A stretch of DNA of 64,000 bases from Vulcanimicrobiota bacterium (GTDB taxonomy: Bacteria; Vulcanimicrobiota; Vulcanimicrobiia; Vulcanimicrobiales; Vulcanimicrobiaceae): positions 768,001 to 832,000 of the forward strand of contig OY968762.1 of NCBI GenBank assembly GCA_963695225.1, written 5' to 3'. The notes beneath the pieces were generated by a model. The model had not been told where the DNA came from and made no database searches. It saw only the letters and a list, made by a program, of their open reading frames with translations. Below are positions 49,835 through 59,124 of the stretch, in pieces (the stretch's first letter is position 1; each line of letters opens with the position of its first letter). The translations under genes were made by a program, and so were the position numbers.

Positions 49835-50797
49835 CTACTTCACGACGAATTCGATGCGACGGTTCTTCGCGCGACCGTCGGAGTTGGAGTTGTCGGCGAT
49901 CGGGCGCGTATCACCGTAGCCGATCGCGATCGCGTGGTGCGAATCGACCCCCTTACTGAGGAGGTACGCTTTTACGGCCTTCGCGCGGCGTTCGCTGACG
50001 CGCAAGTTCACTTCGCGCGCGCCGACGTTGTCGGTGTGCCCTTCGATGATGAGCCTAGCATCCGGCGAGGCGCGAAGCGCTTGCGCGACCGCGTCGAGCC
50101 CGCGCTCGCATTCGGGCGTGAGTTCGGTGCTCCCCGAATCGAAGTGATTGCACCGAGCGCCGACGGAGCGCGCGATCGCGCCGGCGACGCCCGTCGGCCC
50201 CGGGGTAGCGGGCGCGGCGGTCGGCGCGGACGCGGAGGCGGAGGCCGGGGCGGAGGTCGCGGCAGAGGCCGTCGAGGCGGGGGCGGTAGCCCCCAGCGTG
50301 AGGTCGTCGATGACGGTCACGTTCTCCCCGGCGGCGGCGTTCGCATCGGCGACGAGCTTCGTCTTGACGTCGGCGCTCGGGACTTGGCCGCGCAGCGAGA
50401 CCGTCTCGCCGTCGGCGATCAGGCTGGCCTTGGGGGCATCCTTCCCGAACGCGGGGAGGACGCCGGCGGCGTTCCCGACCCAGCCGGCATTCGCCAACCC
50501 CGGGGCGACGCGCAGGCGGTCCACGACGTTCCCCGCCCCGTAGAGCGTGCGGGCGCGCGCCACGACGGCGTCCCGGATCGCTTGGCTCGGCAAGTCGCCG
50601 TCGAGGAAGACATCTCCGGCGCTCTGGGTGACGTGGAGCGAGGGCTCCGGCGGCGCAGGCGTCTCGCCGGGGGCCGCGGGAGCGCCCGCGACGTTCGTCC
50701 TCGGCGGATGCGCGAAATCGGCGCGGCGCGCGACGCTCCACCAACAGAGCGCGACGAACGCGAGCGATGCCAGGATCAAGACGAACCGATTATTCAC
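49835..50797 (-). CDS. BON + OmpA-like peptidoglycan-binding protein (ArfA/Rv0899-like architecture)
   Basis: TM helix, two BON-like repeats (VVDRLRV, VIDDLTL), IEGHTDNVG...NLRVSERRA, GRAKNRRIE. Confidence 0.88.
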   Translation of the reverse strand: MNNRFVLILASLAFVALCWWSVARRADFAHPPRTNVAGAPAAPGETPAPPEPSLHVTQSAGDVFLDGDLPSQAIRDAVVARARTLYGAGNVVDRLRVAPGLANAGWVGNAAGVLPAFGKDAPKASLIADGETVSLRGQVPSADVKTKLVADANAAAGENVTVIDDLTLGATAPASTASAATSAPASASASAPTAAPATPGPTGVAGAIARSVGARCNHFDSGSTELTPECERGLDAVAQALRASPDARLIIEGHTDNVGAREVNLRVSERRAKAVKAYLLSKGVDSHHAIAIGYGDTRPIADNSNSDGRAKNRRIEFVVK

Positions 50798-50933
50798 TCC
50801 GGAACCGCTTTCAGGGTCAAGTCTCGGTTAAGATCGCGCCCAAGCGCGGGCAACTCTCTAGTATCCGCCCGCGGCGACACTACAATACTAGGACAGGGTC
50901 CGCATCCCCATCTACGAGAGCGAGGAACGTTCC

Positions 50934-51671
50934 GTGCTCCACGCCGTCGCGCCGATCTCCAGCTCCTACCAGCCCGCCTCGGAGTTTACCGAGGCCTTGC
51001 GACGCTTGCTGACGGGGGACGCGCTCCTTTCGCCGCTTTCGCTGATCCGCGAGAACCCGGAGCTGGGCACGGAGCCGGCGCTGATCGAGGAGCGCTTCGA
51101 TGATGCCGACCTGCCGTACCTCTGGGCGGACGGCATCCATCTAGGGGCAGGCCCGCACGGCGAGCGCCGCGTGCTGCTGCTGGTGCTCGGAGCGGACGCT
51201 GCGGGAAACCGCCGGATCGTCGAGATTCGCTGCGTCGAAGCCGAGACGGAGGCGACCTGGCGCGCGCTGTTCGTCGATTTGCGGGTGCGCGGGCTCGAAG
51301 CGCCGGCGCTCATCATCGCGGACGGCACCGCAGGCTTCTGGCGGGCGGCGAGCGCCGTCTACCCGGAATCGAAGCAGCAGTGGTGCTGGCTGCACGTGGA
51401 GCGGCAGATCTTGGATAACTTGAGCGGCCTCGAGCGCAGCCGCGCGCTGACGGCGCTGCGCGGCGTGGCGCGCTCGGTGCGCGAGGACGAAGCACGCGCG
51501 CGCATCACGGCGCTCGCCGACGAGTTGCACCCCAACGCGCCGTTCGTAGCGGCGAGCCTGCGCGCCGAGATCGACCGCCTCGTCGCGTACCTGCGGTTCG
51601 ATACGGAACTTCGGCATTCGCTGCGCACGACGCGTGCCGTGGAAGCGATCTTCCTACCCGTCGCCGTTTAG
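50934..51671 (+). mobile_element. IS256/Mutator-family transposase core only (truncated relic or domesticated DDE protein)
   Basis: YLWADGI, LLLVLG..AAGNR, TWRALFVDLRVRGL, IADG..GFW, QWCWLH, LRTTRAVE; 245 aa; no terminal inverted repeats seen. Confidence 0.8.
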
Positions 51672-52150
51672 CTGGGCCGGGTCTTCTCGCGCTCCTCGCG
51701 GGCGAAGGTCGCTTCCATTTCGGACTTGATCTGTTCGAGGAGTTGGCGCCCGGTGGCGTGCGCGATGCGCGTGCCTACGGCCGCATCGAAGAGCGCGCCG
51801 ATGGCGCCGCCGGGCGGCACGTACGTGCCGTCGAGCGCGAGCCAGCATTCGGAGTAATCTTCGTCGGGAACGATCTTGAGCGTGCCGTCGAAATCGGGGA
51901 ACGGACCGCCGCCTTCGGGGCGCCACTTCACGTGGACCGTATCGTTCCAGCCCGAAGCCGGGCCGACGCGTTCGAACGTCGCGGAGACGGCGCGCTGCAG
52001 ATCCAGCGGGAGATCCGGCACGGTCAACTCGAGCCGCGCGGCGTGTTCGCCGGCAGCGACGCGGCTTTCGAGAAAGTGTTCGAGGAACGCGGTCGCGCGC
52101 GTCAGCGGGACTGCGAGGAAGATCCGTTCGCGCAGGATGCTATGAGCCAC
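51668..52150 (-). CDS. Hypothetical protein, SRPBCC/START-like
   Basis: WRPEGGGPFPDFDGTL...LDGTYVPPGGAIGALFDAAVG.RIA. Confidence 0.7.
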   Translation of the reverse strand: MAHSILRERIFLAVPLTRATAFLEHFLESRVAAGEHAARLELTVPDLPLDLQRAVSATFERVGPASGWNDTVHVKWRPEGGGPFPDFDGTLKIVPDEDYSECWLALDGTYVPPGGAIGALFDAAVGTRIAHATGRQLLEQIKSEMEATFAREEREKTRPS

Positions 52151-52236
52151 GTGACTCCTTCGGGCAAGCCGTCGAGCCGAACCGTTTCGCCGGGACGGGG
52201 AGCGCCCCTCGAGGAGCCCGGCGCGGAGCGCGCTCG

Positions 52237-52278
52237 AAAAAGACGCATGCCCCGGCGGCGCGGCCGGGGCATGCGTCT
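52237..52278 (-). terminator. Intrinsic terminator of the DUF1059 gene
   Basis: Perfect 16-bp stem AGACGCATGCCCCGGC/GCCGGGGCATGCGTCT followed by a short U run on the minus strand, 14 nt after the stop. Confidence 0.82.
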
Positions 52279-52292
52279 CGGATGGCGCTAGG

Positions 52293-52487
52293 TCAGTCGT
52301 CGCTGTCTTTCATGCCGGATCGAATGGCGGTATCGAGGCTGGGATCGTCCTTGTGGCCGTGGGCGGAGACGGCGTGCTGGTGCGCGGCTTTGAGGACTTC
52401 TTCTTCCGTGCCGGAGATGGTAAGCGAGCAGTTGCTTTCGCTCGGGAAATCGCGACAGTCGATCATCTTACGGGTCATCGTAGCCAT
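52293..52487 (-). CDS. DUF1059-family small metal-binding protein
   Basis: IDCRDFPSESNCSLTISGTEEEVLKAAHQHAVSAHGH; AAGGAG SD. Confidence 0.88.
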   Translation of the reverse strand: MATMTRKMIDCRDFPSESNCSLTISGTEEEVLKAAHQHAVSAHGHKDDPSLDTAIRSGMKDSDD

Positions 52488-52751
52488 GGGGATACTCCTT
52501 TTCGTGCGCGTGCGGTGTCGAGTACGCGTCGTTTTGGGATCGGCCATGATGTCGCGGCGCGGCCGAAGCCGTCGCGGCAGCCGCTCTGATACGGCCGGCG
52601 GGAGGCACGTTCGCACCCCCACGCCCGCCGGAGCGGACCCTCCCCATTAGCCGCCCCAGCCCACGTTCCGCTTGCTCGTACCAACGGAGGGGCTAGCCCA
52701 GTCGAAGGGTCTTCAGCAGAGCGCCCTGCAATCACGGGCCTAGAGGATAGC

Positions 52752-53243
52752 GTGACATCAGAGAAACCAACTGCCGACTTAGTCGATGCCTACCGCGCGA
52801 GCGGCCGCCTACAAAGCTGCGAGGCGCAGTTCCGCCGATACGGCGGCCGGGCAAGCTTCTCGGGGCCGATCCGCACGATCCGGACGTTCGAAGACAACGC
52901 GATCGTCAAGCGCGTCCTCGGCGAGCCCGGCAACGGAAACGTGCTCGTGATCGACGGCGGCGGCTCGCTGCGGACGGCCCTCGTAGGTGACGTCATCGCA
53001 GGCCTGGCGGTCGCGAACGGCTGGGCCGGAATCGTGGTCTTCGGGGCCGTGCGCGACGTGGCGGCGTTGCGAGAGCTGCCGATCGGCATCAAGGCGCTGG
53101 GTTCGAATCCTTGGACCAGCGGGAAAACGGGATCGGGCACCATCGACGGCGCGGTTTCGTTCGGAGGCGCGACGTTTCGCCCCGGCTCGTGGCTGTACGG
53201 CGACGACGACGGCGTGCTCGTGGCGGAGGGCGAACTCGCCTAG
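52752..53243 (+). CDS. rraA: RraA-family protein (RNase E activity regulator / HMG aldolase-like)
   Basis: [40 protein letters not shown]. Confidence 0.9.
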   Translation: MTSEKPTADLVDAYRASGRLQSCEAQFRRYGGRASFSGPIRTIRTFEDNAIVKRVLGEPGNGNVLVIDGGGSLRTALVGDVIAGLAVANGWAGIVVFGAVRDVAALRELPIGIKALGSNPWTSGKTGSGTIDGAVSFGGATFRPGSWLYGDDDGVLVAEGELA

Positions 53244-53315
53244 GCGGGCCGTCGCACGGTGCCTCCGGACACTTGACAAGGAGTGCCGTTCGATCTTGAC
53301 GCAGAGAAGCACGTT

Positions 53316-53792
53316 GTGCCACGCCGCACGCTGATACTCGTAGCCTTAGCGCTGTTCGCCTTGACCCCGGGAGCGCCCGCACGCGCGAGCGAGCCCTGCG
53401 CCATCGCTACCGGCCAATACGTGCTGCTGAAATCGAACCAACTCGACCCAGACGTGTTCGTGTGGGATTCAAGGTTCCGGCTGAGCAGCTACGCCGCCGG
53501 CGAATGGCGCAACACGCAAGACGTGCTCGACCACACGATTCTCTCGAAGCCGGGTACGCGCGGCTACGTGATCCAATGCGAGCCGCAACAGGTTCGCTTC
53601 CGCTACGACCCGACGATGGTGCAGGACGCCGTCGGCTTGAAGCTAACGAGCGGCCCGCAGCGCGGGCGTTACGGCTGGGTCGCTTCAGATGACGCGCATT
53701 TAATTACGACGGCGATTTCGCCGGTGCCGCAGCCGCGCATCTTGCCGCGGAAGGCGCCGCGGAAAGCGCCCGCACGGAAGGCGCTGCATTAG
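53316..53792 (+). CDS. Exported hypothetical protein
   Basis: Signal peptide ending ARA; DPDVFVWDS and GRYGWVASDD; start uncertain. Confidence 0.7.
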   Translation: MPRRTLILVALALFALTPGAPARASEPCAIATGQYVLLKSNQLDPDVFVWDSRFRLSSYAAGEWRNTQDVLDHTILSKPGTRGYVIQCEPQQVRFRYDPTMVQDAVGLKLTSGPQRGRYGWVASDDAHLITTAISPVPQPRILPRKAPRKAPARKALH

Positions 53793-55153
53793 CGGGCTGC
53801 CGTCAATCTCCGCTCGCGTTTGACGACGTACATCTGCGCGTCGGCGCGCCGCTGGACCTCGCAGAGCGGCTCGCCGGGTTCGGCGACGGCGCACCCCAAT
53901 GCGAAAGAGATGGGCTGCCCGGCGATCGGGGCTCTCCGCGCGAGATCGGCGTCGATGGCTGCAACCACGTCTGCGAGCCGATCTCGCACCGGCAGCAGCA
54001 CGGCGAACTCGTCGCCACCGATGCGTGCCACGACGGAGGAAGGGCCGGCTGCCGCGCTTAGGATGTCGTACGTCGCGCGCAAGTGCTCGTCACCGGCATC
54101 GTGACCGTGCGCGTCGTTGACCCTCTTGAGATTGTCCAGGTCGACGATCAGCACGGCCGCAGCGGATTCGCCCGGGGCCTGCAAGGCCTCTTGCCAAGCG
54201 AGACGGTTTCCCGCACCGGTCAGCGAGTCGGTCCGCGCCTCGCGGAAAATTCGCTCGATTTCTTCCTGTAGGTGCGTGCGAGCCATGGCCGCGCGCAGCA
54301 AGGCTTCGGCCGCGTATGCCAGCCGGGCGCCGAGGTCTTGGCACAGCGACGTGAAGCCGCGCGGACAGACCTCCGTGTGCAAGAGCAGCAGAACTCCGAG
54401 TTGCGGGCGTCCGACGCTCAGGAGGTAATAGGAGCGCACGCCGTCCTCGAATCTGAAGGGCGGGGGGAGCGGCGCCAAGCGCGCGTCCTGCTCGCACAGC
54501 GGAAGCGCTTCTCGCCCGAGGCCGGCGACGATCTCGGCGAGGGCCGGCTCGACTGCCGCGGGGTCTGCGATCGGGGCTCCCCGTTCGGCGATGGTCGTCC
54601 GCGCCGCCTCGATACCCGGCAGGTACAGGATGCCGATCTCGCAGGACAGCGCTGCCGCGGCGCGTTCGACGATATGGCCGGCGGTTGCCGCGACTTCCGA
54701 CGCCTCGCAGGCCACCATGTCTTGGACCGCATGGAGCAACTCCAGTTCGTCGGCCAAGCGTTTCGCGGGAGAAACGTGGTCCAGGGACTGCGCGGCCAGT
54801 TCGGCTAACGTGGCCGCCTCGGCGTCCGGGATGGGCTCGAGGCGCCTTACGGCGTCGGCGAACACGACGATGACATCTGCGGAGAGCGGCACGAACAACC
54901 CGGATCTGCCGAAATACGGCCCGAACAAACACTCGGCGGCGTCGCAGCTGACGCGGACCGGCCGGCCGAGCGCCGCCGCGCGTGAAGCGTGCCCTGGAAC
55001 ATCCTTCTCGAGCCGCAGTTCGACCAGCCCGGCCCAGCCCTCGCCCCGGCCGAGTCCGCCGACGTGCACGAAGCGCGTTGCCTGGACGCGGCGGAAGACG
55101 AAGACGTCTCGAGCGCCCACCTGCGCCGCCGCCCGGACTAATTCTCTCTCCAA
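53789..55153 (-). CDS. GAF-containing diguanylate cyclase
   Basis: GAF-like N-terminus; TDSLTG..NR, DLDNLKRVNDAHGHDAGD, RIGGDEF, ADAQMY; no RxxD I-site. Confidence 0.9.
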   Translation of the reverse strand: MERELVRAAAQVGARDVFVFRRVQATRFVHVGGLGRGEGWAGLVELRLEKDVPGHASRAAALGRPVRVSCDAAECLFGPYFGRSGLFVPLSADVIVVFADAVRRLEPIPDAEAATLAELAAQSLDHVSPAKRLADELELLHAVQDMVACEASEVAATAGHIVERAAAALSCEIGILYLPGIEAARTTIAERGAPIADPAAVEPALAEIVAGLGREALPLCEQDARLAPLPPPFRFEDGVRSYYLLSVGRPQLGVLLLLHTEVCPRGFTSLCQDLGARLAYAAEALLRAAMARTHLQEEIERIFREARTDSLTGAGNRLAWQEALQAPGESAAAVLIVDLDNLKRVNDAHGHDAGDEHLRATYDILSAAAGPSSVVARIGGDEFAVLLPVRDRLADVVAAIDADLARRAPIAGQPISFALGCAVAEPGEPLCEVQRRADAQMYVVKRERRLTAAR

Positions 55154-55275
55154 GCGAACCTCCCGAGTTACCGTCAGACGGGCCTTGGTCCCTATTCACG
55201 GTGTTTCGGGCGAATTGAAGACATACCGGCGAGCATCGCTCGCCGAAGTGCTCCGCGTCACGATTCCTACGGGCC

Positions 55276-56301
55276 CTAGACCAAGGCAACGAACGCGGCG
55301 GCGGCGCGTTCTGCGGCGACGCGTAACGCCGCCCGCGCCTCCGCGGGAGAAACGATCGTCGCAGCTCCGCCGAAACTCAGCACCCACGCGACGATCTCCT
55401 CGAAGCGCGTCAGCTCGAACGTCAGCCGCACGCCGCCGTCTTCTTCATCTGCAGCCTCGACCTGAGCCGGCCAGCGCCGGCAGCGGACGTACGCGGCCAC
55501 CGCCGGCTCGACCCGCACCACGACGCGCTGCGGTTTCCCGTCACCGATCATCGTTCCGAAGCTGTACCGCAACGCGTCGTCGATCGTCAGCCCCGGATCG
55601 GGCTCGAAGGCGTCGTCCTCGATCGCCGCATCGCTCATGCCGTCCAGCGCATAGAGCTTCGGATCCGTCTCGCCTTCCGTCAAGCCCCACAGGTAGAACC
55701 GCCCCTGGTGCGTGTGGACGGCATACGGCGCGACCGTACGCCGGTCGCCGGCGGCTCCGCCGGTGCGCCGGTACGTGAACGTGAGCCACCGGTGCTCGCC
55801 CACCGCCGAGAGCGCACGGTCCACGATCTCGTAGAACGCCTTCCCGCCGGCCGGCTGCGGGTGCCGCGAGGAGACGACCGCATTCCCTTCAACGTCGCCG
55901 ATCTCGACGCGCGCCTCGAGCACGCTCAGCACGTCGTCGAGCGCCTCAGCAATCGGGCCGCCGAGCGCCGAGACCGCGGCGCGCACCTGCGCGAGCTGCG
56001 CGCGCGTGCGCGGATCGATGCCGTAGCGCGCGATCGAAGCGCCCTGCGGAACGTGAAAGAGCTTGTCGCCGGAATCGTAGTTGATCGGCAGCCCGGCGCA
56101 CGCGAGTTCCGCCTTGATGCGCTTGAACGAACTCTCGGATCCGACGGCCGCGATCTTGAAGAGGTCCGGTTTCGAAATCTTCCGATCGCGCTCGAGCACT
56201 CGAATCAGCGCTACGAACCGCGCGACCTTCCCGCGGCGCGCAGGGTGGTTCAGATTCTGACCCGGGCCGGTTTTCGGCCGGGCTGACGCCGCGGATGGCA
56301 T
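55276..56301 (-). CDS. WYL-domain transcriptional regulator (HTH-WYL-WCX)
   Basis: N-terminal HTH (SFKRIKAEL...GLPI.Y), FTYRR...RRTVAPY......GRFYLWG.....KLYALD, WCX with WVLSFGG...IVSP. Confidence 0.9.
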   Translation of the reverse strand: MPSAASARPKTGPGQNLNHPARRGKVARFVALIRVLERDRKISKPDLFKIAAVGSESSFKRIKAELACAGLPINYDSGDKLFHVPQGASIARYGIDPRTRAQLAQVRAAVSALGGPIAEALDDVLSVLEARVEIGDVEGNAVVSSRHPQPAGGKAFYEIVDRALSAVGEHRWLTFTYRRTGGAAGDRRTVAPYAVHTHQGRFYLWGLTEGETDPKLYALDGMSDAAIEDDAFEPDPGLTIDDALRYSFGTMIGDGKPQRVVVRVEPAVAAYVRCRRWPAQVEAADEEDGGVRLTFELTRFEEIVAWVLSFGGAATIVSPAEARAALRVAAERAAAAFVALV

Positions 56302-56317
56302 TCTCTACAATATCGAC
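56283..56317 (+). promoter_or_regulatory. sigma70-type promoter predicting a leaderless transcript; overlaps the divergent WYL start
   Basis: CTGACG(56283-88)-N17-TACAAT(56306-11)-N6-ATG(56318); on the minus strand TATTGT lies 5 nt before the WYL ATG. Confidence 0.6.
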
Positions 56318-56782
56318 ATGGACAGTACGAATCCTCAACCCGAACCCACGTCGCGCCTCAAGAGCCTCTTGAAAGAGGCGGACCTCAAATCGTTCCGCCT
56401 CGACGCGCGGCTCCGGGGCATCCTCTTTCAAGGCCGCTCGCGCGAGTGGCTGCTCCGCGCCGGCCTCAACGAGAACTGGCTGCACGTCTACACCGTCGTC
56501 TGCGGCATCCCCGAAGAACCCGGGCTGCGCGCTCGTCTCTTCGAGACGCTGATGACCACGAACGCTTCGCTGACGCTCGCGAAGTTCGTCGCCGGGCCGG
56601 GCGGCTTGGTCCTCGAAGTGGACTACCGCGCCGAGCACGTCGATGCAGCCGTCCTCAGGAACGTCGTGAGCCACGTCCACTGGATCGCGGAAGAGCAGTA
56701 TCCGAAAATCTTCCGCATCGTCTCCGGCGACGAGGTCCTGCGCGAACTCGGGACGCAACTCGCCCCGCCGGAAGCGGCATGA
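56318..56782 (+). CDS. YbjN / type III chaperone-like fold protein
   Basis: 154 aa; RLFETLMTTNASLTLAKF...LVLEVDY pattern and C-terminal helix typical of YbjN/CesT-like proteins. Confidence 0.65.
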   Translation: MDSTNPQPEPTSRLKSLLKEADLKSFRLDARLRGILFQGRSREWLLRAGLNENWLHVYTVVCGIPEEPGLRARLFETLMTTNASLTLAKFVAGPGGLVLEVDYRAEHVDAAVLRNVVSHVHWIAEEQYPKIFRIVSGDEVLRELGTQLAPPEAA

Positions 56783-57735
56783 CGCGCGCCGAACGCATCG
56801 CGGGCTGCCTCTACGGCGCCGCCATCGGCGACGCGCTCGGCTCCGCGTTCGAGTTCGTCGATAGCGACGCGATCGAACGCCGCCTCGGCGGACCCGTCGT
56901 GGGCGAGTATCTGCCTGCGGTCCCGCGCTCGCTGTTGCATCCGCGCGAGCCGGGCCACCCGACGGACGATACGGCGATGGCGCTCTCCGTCGCCGGCACG
57001 ATTTCGTGCGGCGAGCCGCTGACCCCCGAACTCTTCTCCCGCCGGTTCCTCGCGGATCTCGATCGGCACCACGGGCGCTTCGGCCCGATGTTCTGGACCG
57101 GCGGACCGGGCGGCGCCACGACGCGCTCGCTCTCGCGCCTGCAGCGCGGCGCCGATCCCGCCACGTGCGGCCACCTGGAAGACGGCGGCAACGGCGCGGC
57201 GATGCGCGTTCATCCCGTCGGGTTCCTCGCGGATCGCGCCGCGGTGCTCGACGTTGCGGCGATGCAGGCGCGCGTCACGCACGGCCACCCCGCCGCGATC
57301 GCGGCGGCCGCAGCCGTTGCGGTGTTGGTGCACGATGCGCTGCGCGGCGCAGCGCCGTCGCTGGACCTACCAGCCGGCATCACGGACGGCACGTTCGCAC
57401 GCTCCTGGGGCGAGCTTCATGCAGATCTTACGCCTTCCGGCCTGCGATTACCCGGCCGGTTGCGCAACGTCGCGATGAGCGGTTGGGAAACCGTCGCCGC
57501 CGCGCACGCGATCGCAGCGTGCTTCCCCGGCGATCCGGTCGCGGCGATCGGCGCCGCTGCGGCCTCCGGCGGGGATACCGACACCGTCGCCACGATCACG
57601 GGCGCGATCGTCGGCGCCCGGCACGGCATCGCGGCCCTCCCGAAAGCCTGGATCGAAGGGCTGGCGGCGCGCGCGCTCGTCGACGGCGTGCTGCAAGAAA
57701 TTCTCGCCGCGCTCGGAGAAACGGTATCGCCATGA
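56779..57735 (+). CDS. ADP-ribosylglycohydrolase (DraG/ARH family)
   Basis: GAAIGDALG..FEF, TDDT, GNGAAMR, THGHP, GGDTDT all intact; ATGA overlap with the upstream gene. Confidence 0.93.
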   Translation: MTRAERIAGCLYGAAIGDALGSAFEFVDSDAIERRLGGPVVGEYLPAVPRSLLHPREPGHPTDDTAMALSVAGTISCGEPLTPELFSRRFLADLDRHHGRFGPMFWTGGPGGATTRSLSRLQRGADPATCGHLEDGGNGAAMRVHPVGFLADRAAVLDVAAMQARVTHGHPAAIAAAAAVAVLVHDALRGAAPSLDLPAGITDGTFARSWGELHADLTPSGLRLPGRLRNVAMSGWETVAAAHAIAACFPGDPVAAIGAAAASGGDTDTVATITGAIVGARHGIAALPKAWIEGLAARALVDGVLQEILAALGETVSP

Positions 57736-58295
57736 CGAAGATCAAGACCAGCGAAACCGATCCGCTAAAGATCGACGTGGTCGCCGTGCCCGGAACCGGC
57801 GGGCGCATCGGCATGACGCTCTTTCCCGGCCGTTGTGACGATCGATCGATCTACGGCAACACCTGGCGCCGCGACCTCGCGGCCGATCTCGATGCGATTC
57901 GACGGCTCGATCCCGCGCTCGTGATAACGCTCAACGAAGCGCGCGAGTTCACGCTGCTCGGCGTTCCGGGCTTCGAGCAGGCGCTCGCAGAGAGCGGCCT
58001 CCCCTGGCGGCATCTCCCGATTCCCGACGGCGGCGTCCCCGATCGCACCTTCGAGCGCGCCTGGGCCAAGACCGGTCGCGAAGTGCGCGACGCGCTCCGC
58101 GCCGGCCGGCTCGTGGTCATCCATTGCCGGGCCGGCCTCGGCCGCACCGGCACGATCGCAGCGCGCCTGCTGGCGGAGCTCGGCACGCCGCAGCTAGCCG
58201 CAATCGAAACCGTGCGAACGGCGCGCGGCCCCCACGCCGTCGAAACGCGCGACCAAGAACGGCACGTCTTAGCCACTCAGCCCGTCGAAGATTGA
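57732..58295 (+). CDS. CDKN3-like / dual-specificity cysteine phosphatase
   Basis: KTSETDPLKID, GRIGMTLFPG, WRRDLAADL, HLPIPDGGVP, HCRAGLGRTG (CX5R), AVETRDQ; ATGA overlap with ARH. Confidence 0.92.
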   Translation: MTKIKTSETDPLKIDVVAVPGTGGRIGMTLFPGRCDDRSIYGNTWRRDLAADLDAIRRLDPALVITLNEAREFTLLGVPGFEQALAESGLPWRHLPIPDGGVPDRTFERAWAKTGREVRDALRAGRLVVIHCRAGLGRTGTIAARLLAELGTPQLAAIETVRTARGPHAVETRDQERHVLATQPVED

Positions 58296-58300
58296 ACCCG

Positions 58301-59050
58301 ATGCTCGCTTCCTTCTTGCTCGTTCATGGTGCGCTCGGGGATGCGTCGGCCTGGAAGAAAGTGGCGCCGCTGCTGCGCGAAGCGGGAGCCGTCGTCGCCA
58401 CGCCCGATAATCCGGGCGCCGCGGCGGATTTCGAAGGCCCGCTCGGCGCGCCGGCGTTCGAGGACTACGTCGCTACCATCGAGCGCGCGATCGATGCTGC
58501 CCCGAAGCCGGTCATCCTCGTGGGCTATAGCTCGGGGGGCATCATCGTCACGCAAGTCGCCGAGAACCGGCCCGACGACATCGCGGCGCTCGTCTATCTC
58601 TGCGCGTACATCCCGGTCGACGGCGAAACCTTACAGGCGCTCACGATGAGCGACGAAGACAGCATGATCCGCACGCGCCTGCGGATCGATCCCGCGACCG
58701 GCAAGGCCGGGCTTTCTCCTGAAGATATGCGCGAGATCGTCTTCCACGATTGTTCGCCCGAAGACGCGGCGGCCGGCATGGCGCATCAGCGCCCGGAATC
58801 GCTCGGCCTCTTGCGCGCACCCGTGCACGTCACGGAAGCGAATTTCGGCCGCGTGCCTCGTTACTGCATCACGACGCTACGAGATCGCGCGGTGAGCTCC
58901 GCGCTGCAGAAGCGCATGTACGAACGCACTCCGGTCGAGAAAGTTTACGCGATCGACTCCGGGCACGTGCCGTCCTTCTCGCACGCCGGCGAACTCGCGG
59001 CGGCCCTGCTCGAGATCGCCGGCGCGGCCCGCACGTTCCCGCACGCATAG
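58301..59050 (+). CDS. Alpha/beta hydrolase (esterase-like)
   Basis: LVHGA, GYSSGG nucleophile, RDRAV (Asp), SGHVP (His); 5 bp after the phosphatase stop. Confidence 0.88.
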   Translation: MLASFLLVHGALGDASAWKKVAPLLREAGAVVATPDNPGAAADFEGPLGAPAFEDYVATIERAIDAAPKPVILVGYSSGGIIVTQVAENRPDDIAALVYLCAYIPVDGETLQALTMSDEDSMIRTRLRIDPATGKAGLSPEDMREIVFHDCSPEDAAAGMAHQRPESLGLLRAPVHVTEANFGRVPRYCITTLRDRAVSSALQKRMYERTPVEKVYAIDSGHVPSFSHAGELAAALLEIAGAARTFPHA

Positions 59051-59124
59051 CGCGCTCGCCGGCCGGAAGTTCGTTCGCAGTCGAAAGCGCGTGCAGCCGG
59101 ATCATCGCGCGCGTTCGGCCGCGT

